Positions 18,121 to 27,042 of a DNA stretch of 37,977 bases are shown here, piece by piece (position 1 is the stretch's first letter; every line of letters begins with the position of its first letter). Location: positions 1 through 37,977 of the forward strand of contig JBDRLB010000008.1 of NCBI GenBank assembly GCA_043813365.1. Direction: 5' to 3'. Made by a program: the position numbers and the translations under genes. This DNA is from Candidatus Micrarchaeota archaeon. Lineage in GTDB: Archaea; Micrarchaeota; Micrarchaeia; Norongarragalinales; SBBD01. The notes under the pieces are model-generated. The model saw only the letters and a list, made by a program, of their open reading frames with translations, was not told where the DNA came from and did not search any database.

Positions 18121-18369
18121 ATGAAATCAACTTTCGAAATCGACTTTAAGGATAAGAAGCAGGCGGAAGATGCGCTTAAAGTCATCCGGCCGCAAAAGGG
18201 AAGGAACACCACGCTGCACGTGTTGCATAAAAAGGAGAGCAATTCCATTACTTATGTCATTGATGCCGAATCCTTCTCACCTCTCCGCGCGCGCTCAACC
18301 TCACTTCTCAGGGATTTGAAAATCATGTTCAATGTGCTTGAAAAGGCGGAAGAGAAGCCTAAAAGATAA
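18121..18369 (+). CDS. pcc1: KEOPS complex subunit Pcc1
   Basis: 82 aa with FEIDF..KKQAE and IDAESFSPLRARSTSLLRDL, matching the Pcc1 pattern. AGGTG RBS at 18107-18111. Confidence 0.75.
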   Translation: MKSTFEIDFKDKKQAEDALKVIRPQKGRNTTLHVLHKKESNSITYVIDAESFSPLRARSTSLLRDLKIMFNVLEKAEEKPKR

Positions 18370-18647
18370 GGCTTTTTCCTAAAAGTTCGACAATAAACGA
18401 TAGGTTGTGGTTTTCATTGACGCTTTCACATATAGCTTGTATTCCTCATGCATCACGTGCTGCATTTGATTAAAAACGATGCATTTTTAAACATTTTTTC
18501 CGTAAAAAATTCCCCAAAAAACCATTAAATTTTCAGTTGGCGTTCGTTGTTTGTCTAAAAAACGATTTAGCTCGTAAAAATGGGCAAAAAAGGCCCAAAA
18601 TTCGTCTCCATTTGAAGGTGGGTTCGTCAAGTGTCCTTTTTGTAAGG

Positions 18648-18660
18648 ATAGGTTTAAATA
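18648..18660 (+). promoter_or_regulatory. Probable S-layer promoter (BRE/TATA)
   Basis: ATAGGTTTAAATA. The same AGGTTTAAATA core occurs upstream of asnS (minus strand, about 16136-16146) and of the 1511-aa gene (minus strand, about 37359-37369). Confidence 0.6.
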
Positions 18661-18684
18661 CCCTCAAAAGATTAACGTTAGGTT

Positions 18685-18931
18685 CAGCAGAAGGTATGTT
18701 CTATCTGCATCTTTCTTTTTTGGGAGATGCAATAGCCCTCAGTCCTTTGAACGCGATGTTTATCATGCGCGTCCCTGCGCCATAGTTTTGATGCGTGGAT
18801 GATAAGGAAAGGCTGCGATGGAAATATTTCCTGCTGAAGGCGCGGCTGCTGCCTGCGGCTGCGTGAGACAAGTGAGTTAAGCAGGTGCGCTTATTTTGTT
18901 CGCACCTGCAATAGAACATAGGTGAAAACAC
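18685..18931 (+). promoter_or_regulatory. Long structured 5' leader of the S-layer mRNA
   Basis: Multiple helices plus 5'/3' long-range pairing next to the GGTGA RBS (18921-18925); see findings. Confidence 0.6.
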
Positions 18932-21379
18932 ATGAAAAGTATGAATGTGAAGAGAATTGCTGCAGTAGCAAGCGGCCTGACCATGCTCGGCATGGCATTC
19001 GCTGGTGCTGCGGTAAGCGTCGACACTGCCGGCGTTTCTTCGTTCCCCTTCTTCTCAGCTGGGGAGCCGAACGTCAAGGTAGTAATCGGCAGCAAGGCTA
19101 AGCCCGAAGATGTCGTAGTTGGAGCAAACATTGCGGCAGTAATCGGAAACTTGGCGTACAAGACACAGACAGTCGAGGTTCTCGGCAAGGACAAGCTCGG
19201 TACGGGCGGTTCTGCAGACGGATCTTTGACTGACAAGCAAGTAACTCTCAGCGTCACAACGCCCGGAGTGAACCCCGCAACTGCATACGAAATGAAGGCG
19301 TACGTGTATGACGACCTCGCGTTTGAGATCGACTCTGTCAGGAACACATCCGGCAGCTCGAGATTTTCAAGCACGAACACCTCGTTCTCCACGCAAGCAG
19401 GCCCCAGAGTCATCGGCAAGGATCAGACTTCGATAGTCGGACCCGCAGCTGGCATGGCATCTGATGGCAAGATCACTTACCCGAAGGGCAGCACCAACAC
19501 GAAGGAGGAGCAGAAGATCTACGCGTTCGGATTCGTTGAATACGACGAAACCGCGAAGGTCGTTCAGGCGAAATACGTGAAGACTGGTTATGAGGTAACT
19601 TTCTCTGACCCGGTTCCCGTATGCTTGGACACTGGCAAGGCCTACACCGACTGCACCTCTGATTCCGACAAGCTCTCAAAGGGCAACGTCGAGATCACGT
19701 TCCTTGGCGACAAGTGGACAATCTTCGACTACACTGCAACCAACCTGACAATCACTTCCCTGACTCTAGGAAAGCAGATCACCAGGAAGGAATCCTTCAA
19801 CATCGACGAACAAGTGACTTCACCCGATGGCTATGTCATCGTGCTGAAAGACTTGTCAGCGTTCTCCCCGCAAAGGGCGCAGTTCGACATCCTCGACAAG
19901 GACGGCAAGCTCGTAAAGAGATTGTACCTTGGGGAGGGAGAGAGCTCCACCATTACGGAAGCGAACAACATCGTCGTGAAGGTCAACAAGGTCTTCCCCG
20001 GTGCATTCGCAAAGCAGGGAATCGCAGACGTCTCGCTCTACTCGAGCCAATTGGTCATAACGAACGACCAGGAAATCTCGGGCGGAGACTCGCACAAGAA
20101 CTGGAAGGGCAGGCTGGTAACCGGTTATGTCGGATCGTCAATTGCAATCTCCAAGATTCAATTGTACGACGATATCGACCAGGTATACAAGACTCCCGTG
20201 ACCCAGACCTTGAGCGCAGGGGAATCAATCGACATAATCAAGGGGATGCCGGGCTACAAGCTCAACTTCCTCGGATTGGAAACAGTCGACTACGATTCGC
20301 TGACGTTCTCCATAATGAAGTCGTATTCGCTTTCGACCGACGTGACTGATGTGACCGTTACCGGAAACATCCTGAGCTTAGTGTCTGGCAAGAGCAATGC
20401 GTTCCAGTATGGCAGCAGGTCCGTGAACGACGTTTACGTGGTACTCGAGCCTTCCAACGGCGTATCCGTGGCAGGACAAGTATTCTACATAGACGCGAAC
20501 GGGCAATACACCAACACCTCTACGACCAACGGAGTCGTGCCGTACCACTACTCGTCAGACGAGTATGCGACACTGTACTTCAACACGTCGTTCAACATAA
20601 CCCCGGCAACCGGCACTCCAGGAGTCCTGATATCGATTCCCGAATTGACGGAAACCAACAATGGCACAACTGCAGCACACGCATCCAACTGGCACCTGAA
20701 CCTCTTCTATGACAACGCGCAGGACCAATTCGCTAACGCGCTTGGATCCTCGACCATAGACAAGATCGGGTACGGATTTGGAGGCGCTGCGCAGAACATT
20801 GCCAGCAAGGAAAGGGGCTACACTACCTACAGAGGAAACGTCTTTACCGGCATCTCCTCTACCTCGGCATCCATCTCCTATGCGAAGACAGTCGCACAGG
20901 CAAGGTTCACCCTGACAGCAGGATCGACCACATCAAGCGGCGCGGGCAACACCGCAGCTGTTGATCTCAAGGAAGGCGACCCCTACACAATAGGCGGCGG
21001 CTACTCCCTGAAGGTTGACAAGATCACCGCGAACGTCGGCGGCACTGCAGGGGATGGCTCAATCATCGGATTGGACGAACTGAAGCCTTCAGTTGAGAGG
21101 GCAGCAGTCGTTACGACCCTGATGACCGACACGAACCCGTTAGTGGTATTGGACTCGCAAGCGTCCGACACCGCCAACCTGATCGTAGTTGGAGGCCAGA
21201 TCGTGAACTCCGTTGCAAACGCAGCTGGAGTCGCCCTGAAATCAGGAGACCAACCGATGGTCAAGGTCTACGGATCCACCAAGCTGGTTGTTGCAGGATA
21301 CACTGCAGCGGACACCAGTGCGGCAGGGAACGAGCTGATCAAGTGGTTGAACGAGAACAGGGACTCTGTGAGGGGCTAA
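18932..21379 (+). CDS. S-layer protein (Methanococcus-type N- and C-terminal domains)
   Basis: MNVKRIAAVASG signal, VVIGSKAKPEDVV, and C-terminal LVVLD..NLIVVGGQIVNSV..LVVAGYTAADT. Codons are C-ending biased and a long T-run follows. Confidence 0.92.
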   Translation: MKSMNVKRIAAVASGLTMLGMAFAGAAVSVDTAGVSSFPFFSAGEPNVKVVIGSKAKPEDVVVGANIAAVIGNLAYKTQTVEVLGKDKLGTGGSADGSLTDKQVTLSVTTPGVNPATAYEMKAYVYDDLAFEIDSVRNTSGSSRFSSTNTSFSTQAGPRVIGKDQTSIVGPAAGMASDGKITYPKGSTNTKEEQKIYAFGFVEYDETAKVVQAKYVKTGYEVTFSDPVPVCLDTGKAYTDCTSDSDKLSKGNVEITFLGDKWTIFDYTATNLTITSLTLGKQITRKESFNIDEQVTSPDGYVIVLKDLSAFSPQRAQFDILDKDGKLVKRLYLGEGESSTITEANNIVVKVNKVFPGAFAKQGIADVSLYSSQLVITNDQEISGGDSHKNWKGRLVTGYVGSSIAISKIQLYDDIDQVYKTPVTQTLSAGESIDIIKGMPGYKLNFLGLETVDYDSLTFSIMKSYSLSTDVTDVTVTGNILSLVSGKSNAFQYGSRSVNDVYVVLEPSNGVSVAGQVFYIDANGQYTNTSTTNGVVPYHYSSDEYATLYFNTSFNITPATGTPGVLISIPELTETNNGTTAAHASNWHLNLFYDNAQDQFANALGSSTIDKIGYGFGGAAQNIASKERGYTTYRGNVFTGISSTSASISYAKTVAQARFTLTAGSTTSSGAGNTAAVDLKEGDPYTIGGGYSLKVDKITANVGGTAGDGSIIGLDELKPSVERAAVVTTLMTDTNPLVVLDSQASDTANLIVVGGQIVNSVANAAGVALKSGDQPMVKVYGSTKLVVAGYTAADTSAAGNELIKWLNENRDSVRG

Positions 21380-21429
21380 GGCCCTTCTTTTTTTCTTTTT
21401 TTCTTTTCTTTTTTTATTTTCTAATTTTC
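21380..21429 (+). terminator. Oligo-T terminator of the S-layer gene
   Basis: About 45 nt almost entirely T/C directly after the stop codon. Confidence 0.8.
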
Positions 21430-21554
21430 AATATTTTTACGGTTACTGATAGCCTGAACAAGGAATTCCCCCTACTCTTCCCCAACATTTTCATTTCCAC
21501 CTCGATCTGCAACATTTAAATTCAGTAGGGGTGTTCTATTTCCGAGGTGTTACC

Positions 21555-22610
21555 ATGAAATACGTATTGTTATTTTCAGTGCTTTCAATGGCAGTGCTTT
21601 TCGGATGCCTTTCCCAGCAGCAGCCGCCAGCATCCACTCCCACTCCCGGCCAGACCGAGCAGCCAACAGCCGTTGTTTCGACTGCGCCGACAGCGAATCC
21701 CTCCGAGCAGCAGAACTGCCCCGCTCCGGACATCACTTTCGGCAACGTCCAGGTGCCTGAAACCGTAACTTACGGGCGGGAATACACCATTTCAGCAGAA
21801 GTACTCTACACCAAGAATCCCTGCAATGCCAAAATCCCGGGCAATGTGAAGATTGCCCTGTATGACGGACGCAAAATGCTTGTTGAAAAGCCCATTCTGG
21901 CTCTCTCCGACAAGAATCCGGTTTCGCTGCCATTCGCAACCGACCAGACCCGCAAGTACCAGCTTACCCTCAGGATCTCGAGCGATTCGGCCGAGGAAGT
22001 TGCTACAAACAACGAATATAAGTTCGATTTCGATTCCCTCCCGCTCGGCTACTACTCGGACACATCCGGCGAGACCTATACTGATGTGAATTCCCTTACC
22101 CTTCTCGGGCAGGGCTTCTTCATCTCCAAGCCGCTTCCTGTAAAGAGTGTCGACCTCTACCTAAGGGGCCAACTTACTACCTCCGAAAGCAGCGACGTGA
22201 TGGTATTCATAAAGCCCGATGCGGCTGGAAAGCCCTCCGGCGCGAATGCGATACAATTCACAGTAGGGTATACGACCGTCCCGACGTCATTCGGATGGGT
22301 GAGATTCTCGAACAACCAGAAAACCACTTTGCAGCCCGGGCTTTATTACGTCGTAATAAAGACAACTGCAACTAACCCGAGGGTTTCCGTCCTCCAGAAG
22401 GCAAACGGTGAGTTCCAGAAGCCCGAATATTCGATGGAAAGCATCTCCGAGATCCCCCTTTCAGAGAACTGGAAGGTGCAGACAACAGGTGCGATGCTCT
22501 TCAAGCTCTCGAATGATGAGGTTGTTATGTACGACCAGAGCACCGGAGAAATCGCTTCCCCGAAGCCTCTGCCCTCCGGCGGCATCGACCCGTTCGACAC
22601 CTACGGTTGA
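21555..22610 (+). CDS. Lipoprotein with CARDB-like and choice-of-anchor R-like domains
   Basis: Lipobox LFGC, Pro/Thr/Gln linker, CARDB-like end EEVATNNE, and LGQGF..VKSVDLYL..DAAGKPSG..GWVRF..LQPGLYYVV. GAGGTG RBS; T-run at 22611-22636. Confidence 0.75.
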   Translation: MKYVLLFSVLSMAVLFGCLSQQQPPASTPTPGQTEQPTAVVSTAPTANPSEQQNCPAPDITFGNVQVPETVTYGREYTISAEVLYTKNPCNAKIPGNVKIALYDGRKMLVEKPILALSDKNPVSLPFATDQTRKYQLTLRISSDSAEEVATNNEYKFDFDSLPLGYYSDTSGETYTDVNSLTLLGQGFFISKPLPVKSVDLYLRGQLTTSESSDVMVFIKPDAAGKPSGANAIQFTVGYTTVPTSFGWVRFSNNQKTTLQPGLYYVVIKTTATNPRVSVLQKANGEFQKPEYSMESISEIPLSENWKVQTTGAMLFKLSNDEVVMYDQSTGEIASPKPLPSGGIDPFDTYG

Positions 22611-22695
22611 TTTTTTTCTTTTTTCTTTATTTTTTTAAGAATTAGCGTGCAGCATGCAAGCCAGCACCGAGTAAATTTTATCTACATCCCGTTCC

Positions 22696-23643
22696 TTAGG
22701 TTTTTACAGATTTCAGGGTGTTGAGTGCATCCTTCTCGCTCTTCTGGTTCACGATCACTCCGGTACCGAGCTCTACTCCTGCCCAATAGCCGCTTCTCGG
22801 GTATATTTCAATATGGAAATGGAAGTTCTTTTCCGTTCCCCCGGAAGCAGATTTGGGAGAGTTATGGAATATGACATTGTAATCCTTCACTATGTAATGC
22901 ACCCTTCTGAGGCACTCGCGCAGCAGCTTCATCAAGTGCAGCCCCTGCTCTTCAGTCAGCTCGGCCATGCTCGGCACATGCGCCTTGGGGATTATCCACA
23001 CCTCGTTCGCAAATTTGGAGAACGAAGGGCAGATTGCGGTAAAGAAATCATTGTCGATGAGTATGTTCTCCTGCTCCTTTGCGAGCGTTTCGCACAGGTG
23101 GCATTTGCCCTTCCCGGCCGATTCATTGAACAGCGCCAGCTCATCCGCAAGCATTCCAGGAACGAACGGGAACGATATTATCTGCGAATGCTCGTGCTCG
23201 ATGCTCGCGCCCGCATTCCTGCCATGGTTCTTGAAAAGGTGCACGTATTTGCTGCCATCCTCCTTCATCAGCTCCTCGAAGCGGTTCTTGTATGCGGCAA
23301 AAACGAATTTGAGCTGCAGCTCCCCGAATTCATGGAAAAGCTCCTCGTGGAAATCGCTCTCCACAATCACTTCATGCGACCCGAACGCATATGAAACGGG
23401 GTTGATGCCATTTAACTCAACATATTTCCCCTCCTTCCCTACCAAGGCAAACACGTTGTCAAACGCCCTGACCCTCCAGTTGTCCTGGGGAATCTGGAAT
23501 TTCGTCGGCGGGGTCGTATTCTCCGCGCCCTTGCAGAACGGGCACGAGAACTCCTTCCCGAAAATGACTGGCCGCTTGCCGCGCTCATTTGCGACTATGA
23601 TGACGGATTTCTTCGTGAAATCCTGCCTGAATTCGAGGACCAT
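22696..23643 (-). CDS. galT: Galactose-1-phosphate uridylyltransferase family (GalT-like)
   Basis: ERGKRP, CPFCKG, GSHEVIVES, FKNHGRNAGASIEHEHSQ (HxHxQ) and FHFHIEIYPR. Confidence 0.88.
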   Translation of the reverse strand: MVLEFRQDFTKKSVIIVANERGKRPVIFGKEFSCPFCKGAENTTPPTKFQIPQDNWRVRAFDNVFALVGKEGKYVELNGINPVSYAFGSHEVIVESDFHEELFHEFGELQLKFVFAAYKNRFEELMKEDGSKYVHLFKNHGRNAGASIEHEHSQIISFPFVPGMLADELALFNESAGKGKCHLCETLAKEQENILIDNDFFTAICPSFSKFANEVWIIPKAHVPSMAELTEEQGLHLMKLLRECLRRVHYIVKDYNVIFHNSPKSASGGTEKNFHFHIEIYPRSGYWAGVELGTGVIVNQKSEKDALNTLKSVKT

Positions 23644-23696
23644 CTGTACCTCTTGGATTAAGTGTTCGGCGCTTTAAAAACTTATCAAAAACAGGT

Positions 23697-24935
23697 TCAC
23701 GTAACGAGCGTTATCCCTTTCCCCGAAAATTCCGAGTACGCATTTTCGATTTCCTTAAGCAGCAAATTTTTCTTCCCGGCACTCCCCGCGGCATCCCCTT
23801 CCAAATTGCCGATGTCCGCTTTCAGGCCATTGATTTTTTCCTCCAAGCGGGCGATATTCGCATATTCCCTGCTGTTCTCAGCAATTTTTCCCCCGATTTT
23901 CCCGATTTCCGCCTCTTTTCCGCCAAGCCCCGCAAGCGATTCCTCCAGTTCTCCCGAAAGGATCCTGGAAATTGACTCCCGGTGCTTGTGGAGGTCCTTC
24001 GCATCCTCCTGCAGCCTCCCATCCGAAAGCATCGCGTCGATCTCCTTCGCAATAATTTTCAGCGATTCCATCCCCCCTGGTTTTCCAAGTGCATCCATAT
24101 GGTCCCCCAGGAATGCCTCGGCCGCTTTCGAGTTCCCCTTCTCAGCAGAAATTTTCACATATTTCCGGATTATCCTTTCCAAAGGCAATATTATCGAGGC
24201 GATCGTATCCCTTTTTGCTGAAGATGCCCTGCGCAAATCAGCCGCCGCATTTTCAAGTTCGATTTTACGGGCCTCAGTCCCCTTCTTGCCTGATTTTTCC
24301 AATTGCGCCTCGAGCTGCGAAATTTCCATCCTGTTTTTCGCGATCTTCCCTTCCGCTTCGGAGATGCGCTTCCCTTCCGCTTCGTATGCTTCCACTTCCT
24401 TCATCAGTGCTTCGAATCCATCCAGTTTTTTCCCTTCTTCCTGGAGGTCCTCTCCCATCCCGTCAACAAGTTTTACAAGGTCCTTCACCGGGCCGCCGAG
24501 CTTCTCGAACTCCTCCTTGAAGAAGAACAGCAGGTAGCGGTTGTCCGAAGTTATCTTCGTGATCTGCGCCATCGCCTGCACTATCTGCGAATGGAATTCC
24601 CTGTAATCGCGGAACTCCTTCCCTTCCGGCTTCCTCACGTTCCCTATGATTTTGGGAAGCCTCACGAAGAAGTTTTCCTTCATCTGCTTTGCAATGTTCT
24701 CATGCTGCGGATTTTCCGTCTTGATCGGTTTCTTCGAGAACCCCTCCAGCACTTCCCGTATCTCCGCCAATTTTTCCCATATTCTTTCCACATCCCCCGG
24801 AGCTTCCTCATAGAATATTTTCATCTTCGAGTCCAGCTCGCGCTGCGCCTCTCCCCTGATTTTTGGGAATTCCATTGCAGCCGGCTTTTCGGGCTCCTTT
24901 TCCTTCTTCCCGAAAATCGCTTCCAAAAAACCCAT
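23697..24935 (-). CDS. Coiled-coil hypothetical protein
   Basis: Glu/Lys-rich heptad pattern and N-terminal MGFLEAIFGKK amphipathic segment. Confidence 0.8.
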   Translation of the reverse strand: MGFLEAIFGKKEKEPEKPAAMEFPKIRGEAQRELDSKMKIFYEEAPGDVERIWEKLAEIREVLEGFSKKPIKTENPQHENIAKQMKENFFVRLPKIIGNVRKPEGKEFRDYREFHSQIVQAMAQITKITSDNRYLLFFFKEEFEKLGGPVKDLVKLVDGMGEDLQEEGKKLDGFEALMKEVEAYEAEGKRISEAEGKIAKNRMEISQLEAQLEKSGKKGTEARKIELENAAADLRRASSAKRDTIASIILPLERIIRKYVKISAEKGNSKAAEAFLGDHMDALGKPGGMESLKIIAKEIDAMLSDGRLQEDAKDLHKHRESISRILSGELEESLAGLGGKEAEIGKIGGKIAENSREYANIARLEEKINGLKADIGNLEGDAAGSAGKKNLLLKEIENAYSEFSGKGITLVT

Positions 24936-24979
24936 AATATCAAAAATAAAAAATCAGTCCGGCATTTTTTGCGTGCGCA

Positions 24980-26053
24980 TCAGCCCCTCTTCTTTTTCCG
25001 CAAATAGGATTTTTTCAGCTCCTTCAGCACCTCGGCAACCGCGGCCCCGAGTTCCCAATTCCCCCTGCGGGCCTTCATCTCGTGCGTGGAGCTCACGAAT
25101 GCAGTTCCGTCCATCTCCAGCCTCCCGTGAACCTCGAAAATTTTCCGGTCCTTCCCCTTTTTCGCGCTCCTGATCCGCAGGTGCAGGCTGCCGCCCTTCC
25201 CGAATTTCCTGAGCAGGCCGGAGCATTCCTCGAATATGCTCTCCCTGAACATTGCCTCCTCGTTTGCCAGCCCCGAAATTTCAACATGCATCGGGGAATC
25301 GGCTTTCAGGCTGTTCAGCACCTTCTGCAGCGCTATTTTTCCCAGCAATTTCTCGCCCTCGAATACGAACGCCTCCCCGAATTTCGCCTTGTGGAGCGCA
25401 TCCGCAATGGAATCCGTCTTTCCTACCCGTGCGAGCTCGAATTCGGGGGTCAATATCCCGCTAACGGCAACCTTTTCCACATCCACCTTCTCTGCAGCCT
25501 CCAAATCATGCCGCTTCTTATGCAAATACGGCTTTACTTTCACCGCAAGGTCCCGTGCGCTTATGATCCCAATGAACTTCCCCTTCTCAAGCACCGCAAG
25601 CTCCGCAACCCCCTGCTTATACATCATTTCCTCCGCCTTGTCAGCCGCAGTTCCAGACGATATCGCAGGTATCGGCTTCGCATAATTGCCCGCACTCCTT
25701 CCCGAAAGCGCGGCTTCCGAATATTGCAGCACCGACTCGGCTGAAATGACTCCGGCAAGCCTCCCGTTCTTCTCAAGCACTGAAACAAAGCGGACGCTCC
25801 CGCCAGAAAATAATTTAACAAGGTTCGGCAGTACTGCATCCCCGAGCAGCACAGTTGTCCCCTTCCTTGCGAACCTCCCTACCCTTGCGGTATCCGCGTC
25901 ATCCCGGAACCGGAGCAGATTTTCAGGCACCAGTTCCCCGAAATACCTTCCCTCCCTGGTCACAACAAGCAGCTCGTGGTCCTCGAACTTCTGCAACGCC
26001 TTCGAGAGCGGCTCCTCCGCATCTATGGTCTCCACTCGTGAAATCAATTCCAT
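24980..26053 (-). CDS. Tandem CBS-domain protein with C-terminal HPF/RaiA-like domain
   Basis: Four CBS-like repeats (LLVVTREGRYFG, SVLEKNGRLAGVIS, LAVLEKGKFIGIISARDL, VFEGEKLLGKI), then VEISGL..LHLRIR..FEVHGRL..WELGAAVAEVLKEL. GGAGGTG RBS. Confidence 0.75.
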   Translation of the reverse strand: MELISRVETIDAEEPLSKALQKFEDHELLVVTREGRYFGELVPENLLRFRDDADTARVGRFARKGTTVLLGDAVLPNLVKLFSGGSVRFVSVLEKNGRLAGVISAESVLQYSEAALSGRSAGNYAKPIPAISSGTAADKAEEMMYKQGVAELAVLEKGKFIGIISARDLAVKVKPYLHKKRHDLEAAEKVDVEKVAVSGILTPEFELARVGKTDSIADALHKAKFGEAFVFEGEKLLGKIALQKVLNSLKADSPMHVEISGLANEEAMFRESIFEECSGLLRKFGKGGSLHLRIRSAKKGKDRKIFEVHGRLEMDGTAFVSSTHEMKARRGNWELGAAVAEVLKELKKSYLRKKKRG

Positions 26054-26165
26054 GATGAGCACCTCCTATTAAGTAATTTCATCGCAAATATAATCTCTTC
26101 CTTTAACTTATTCTTTTCTGGGAAATGATATCCCGCAAAATAATTCCGGGCAATCACATGATTTG

Positions 26166-26930
26166 CTATTTCTTCCTTCTCATCATATCCGTGAACGATT
26201 TGAGCGCCTCCACCACATCCACCGGGAACATCACGACCGTATTGCTCGGCGTTGGCCCCAGCCCGTCTATTGTCTGAAGCGTCCTCAATTGCATTGCGCC
26301 GGGAGATTCCGACATTGTTTTTGCAGCAGCCGCAAGGTTGAATGCAGCCAGCTTGTCGCCCTCTGATTTTGTAATGTTCGCGCGCTTCTCCCTTTCCGCA
26401 GCGGCCTGCCTTGACATTATCCTCTTCAGCTCCTCCGGCATGTCAATGTCCTGCATTTTAATGACTTCCACATCCATTCCCCACTCCTTGGTCTCCTTCT
26501 CGACAAGCGCCTCTATTTCCTTTCCCACTTCATCCCTTTCTGCCAGCAGCTGGTCCAATGTCATCCCTCCTACTACATCCTTCAGCGCAGTTTGCGCATA
26601 CTGCGATATGGCATAGGAAAAATTCTGTATTTTGATGATCGCAACCGCCGGGTCGGACACCCTGAAATAAATGACCCCATTAACTTCCACAGGCACATTA
26701 TCCTTTGTTATCACCTGCTGTGCGGGAATGTCTATTGTCTGCAGCCGCATGTCCACCATGTGTATCCTCTCGATAATGGGAATCACGATATTCAGCCCCG
26801 GCTCGAGCGTGCCGACATATTTTCCTAGCCGGAATTTCACCGCCCTCTCGTACTGGTCGACGACCTTTAGCGCGGAAAGCGCGATAATCAGCAAGAAGAA
26901 CCCGATTACGAAAAGTTCGAATACTGCCAT
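26166..26930 (-). CDS. SPFH/band-7 stomatin-like (slipin) protein
   Basis: VVDQYERAVKFRLGK, PGLNIVIP, VITKDNV, QAAAEREKRA and AMQLRTLQT. Confidence 0.93.
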   Translation of the reverse strand: MAVFELFVIGFFLLIIALSALKVVDQYERAVKFRLGKYVGTLEPGLNIVIPIIERIHMVDMRLQTIDIPAQQVITKDNVPVEVNGVIYFRVSDPAVAIIKIQNFSYAISQYAQTALKDVVGGMTLDQLLAERDEVGKEIEALVEKETKEWGMDVEVIKMQDIDMPEELKRIMSRQAAAEREKRANITKSEGDKLAAFNLAAAAKTMSESPGAMQLRTLQTIDGLGPTPSNTVVMFPVDVVEALKSFTDMMRRKK

Positions 26931-27042
26931 TCCCACCACCCTTAGAAAATCACGCAATAAACCTTTTAATAACCATTTTATCTCCCCTCCAGAACGGCCG
27001 ATTTGTTTATTTACCTGCTTGCCGAAAACAATACGGGGGAAA

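Noticed and set aside
18685..18931. Structured region as tRNA, SRP RNA or RNase P RNA
   Set aside because: No cloverleaf or TTCGA T-loop, no SRP helix-8 motif and no RNase P GAGGAAAGTCC-type core recognised on either strand.
18537..18931. ORFs 18537-18785 (+) and 18701-18931 (-)
   Set aside because: No RBS or protein-like features; they overlap the promoter and leader of the S-layer gene.
23662..25007. Long antisense ORFs (23662-24537, 24303-25007; similarly 16438-17364 and 22967-23677)
   Set aside because: Ser/Phe-rich shadows of Glu/Lys-rich genes on the opposite strand.
26671..27042. N-terminal extensions in the ORF track for the RecJ-like gene (also 16025-16165, 5845-6009 and 44-139)
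   Set aside because: They overlap neighbouring genes or IS end structures; downstream ATGs fit the gene layout or have better RBS/TATA context.
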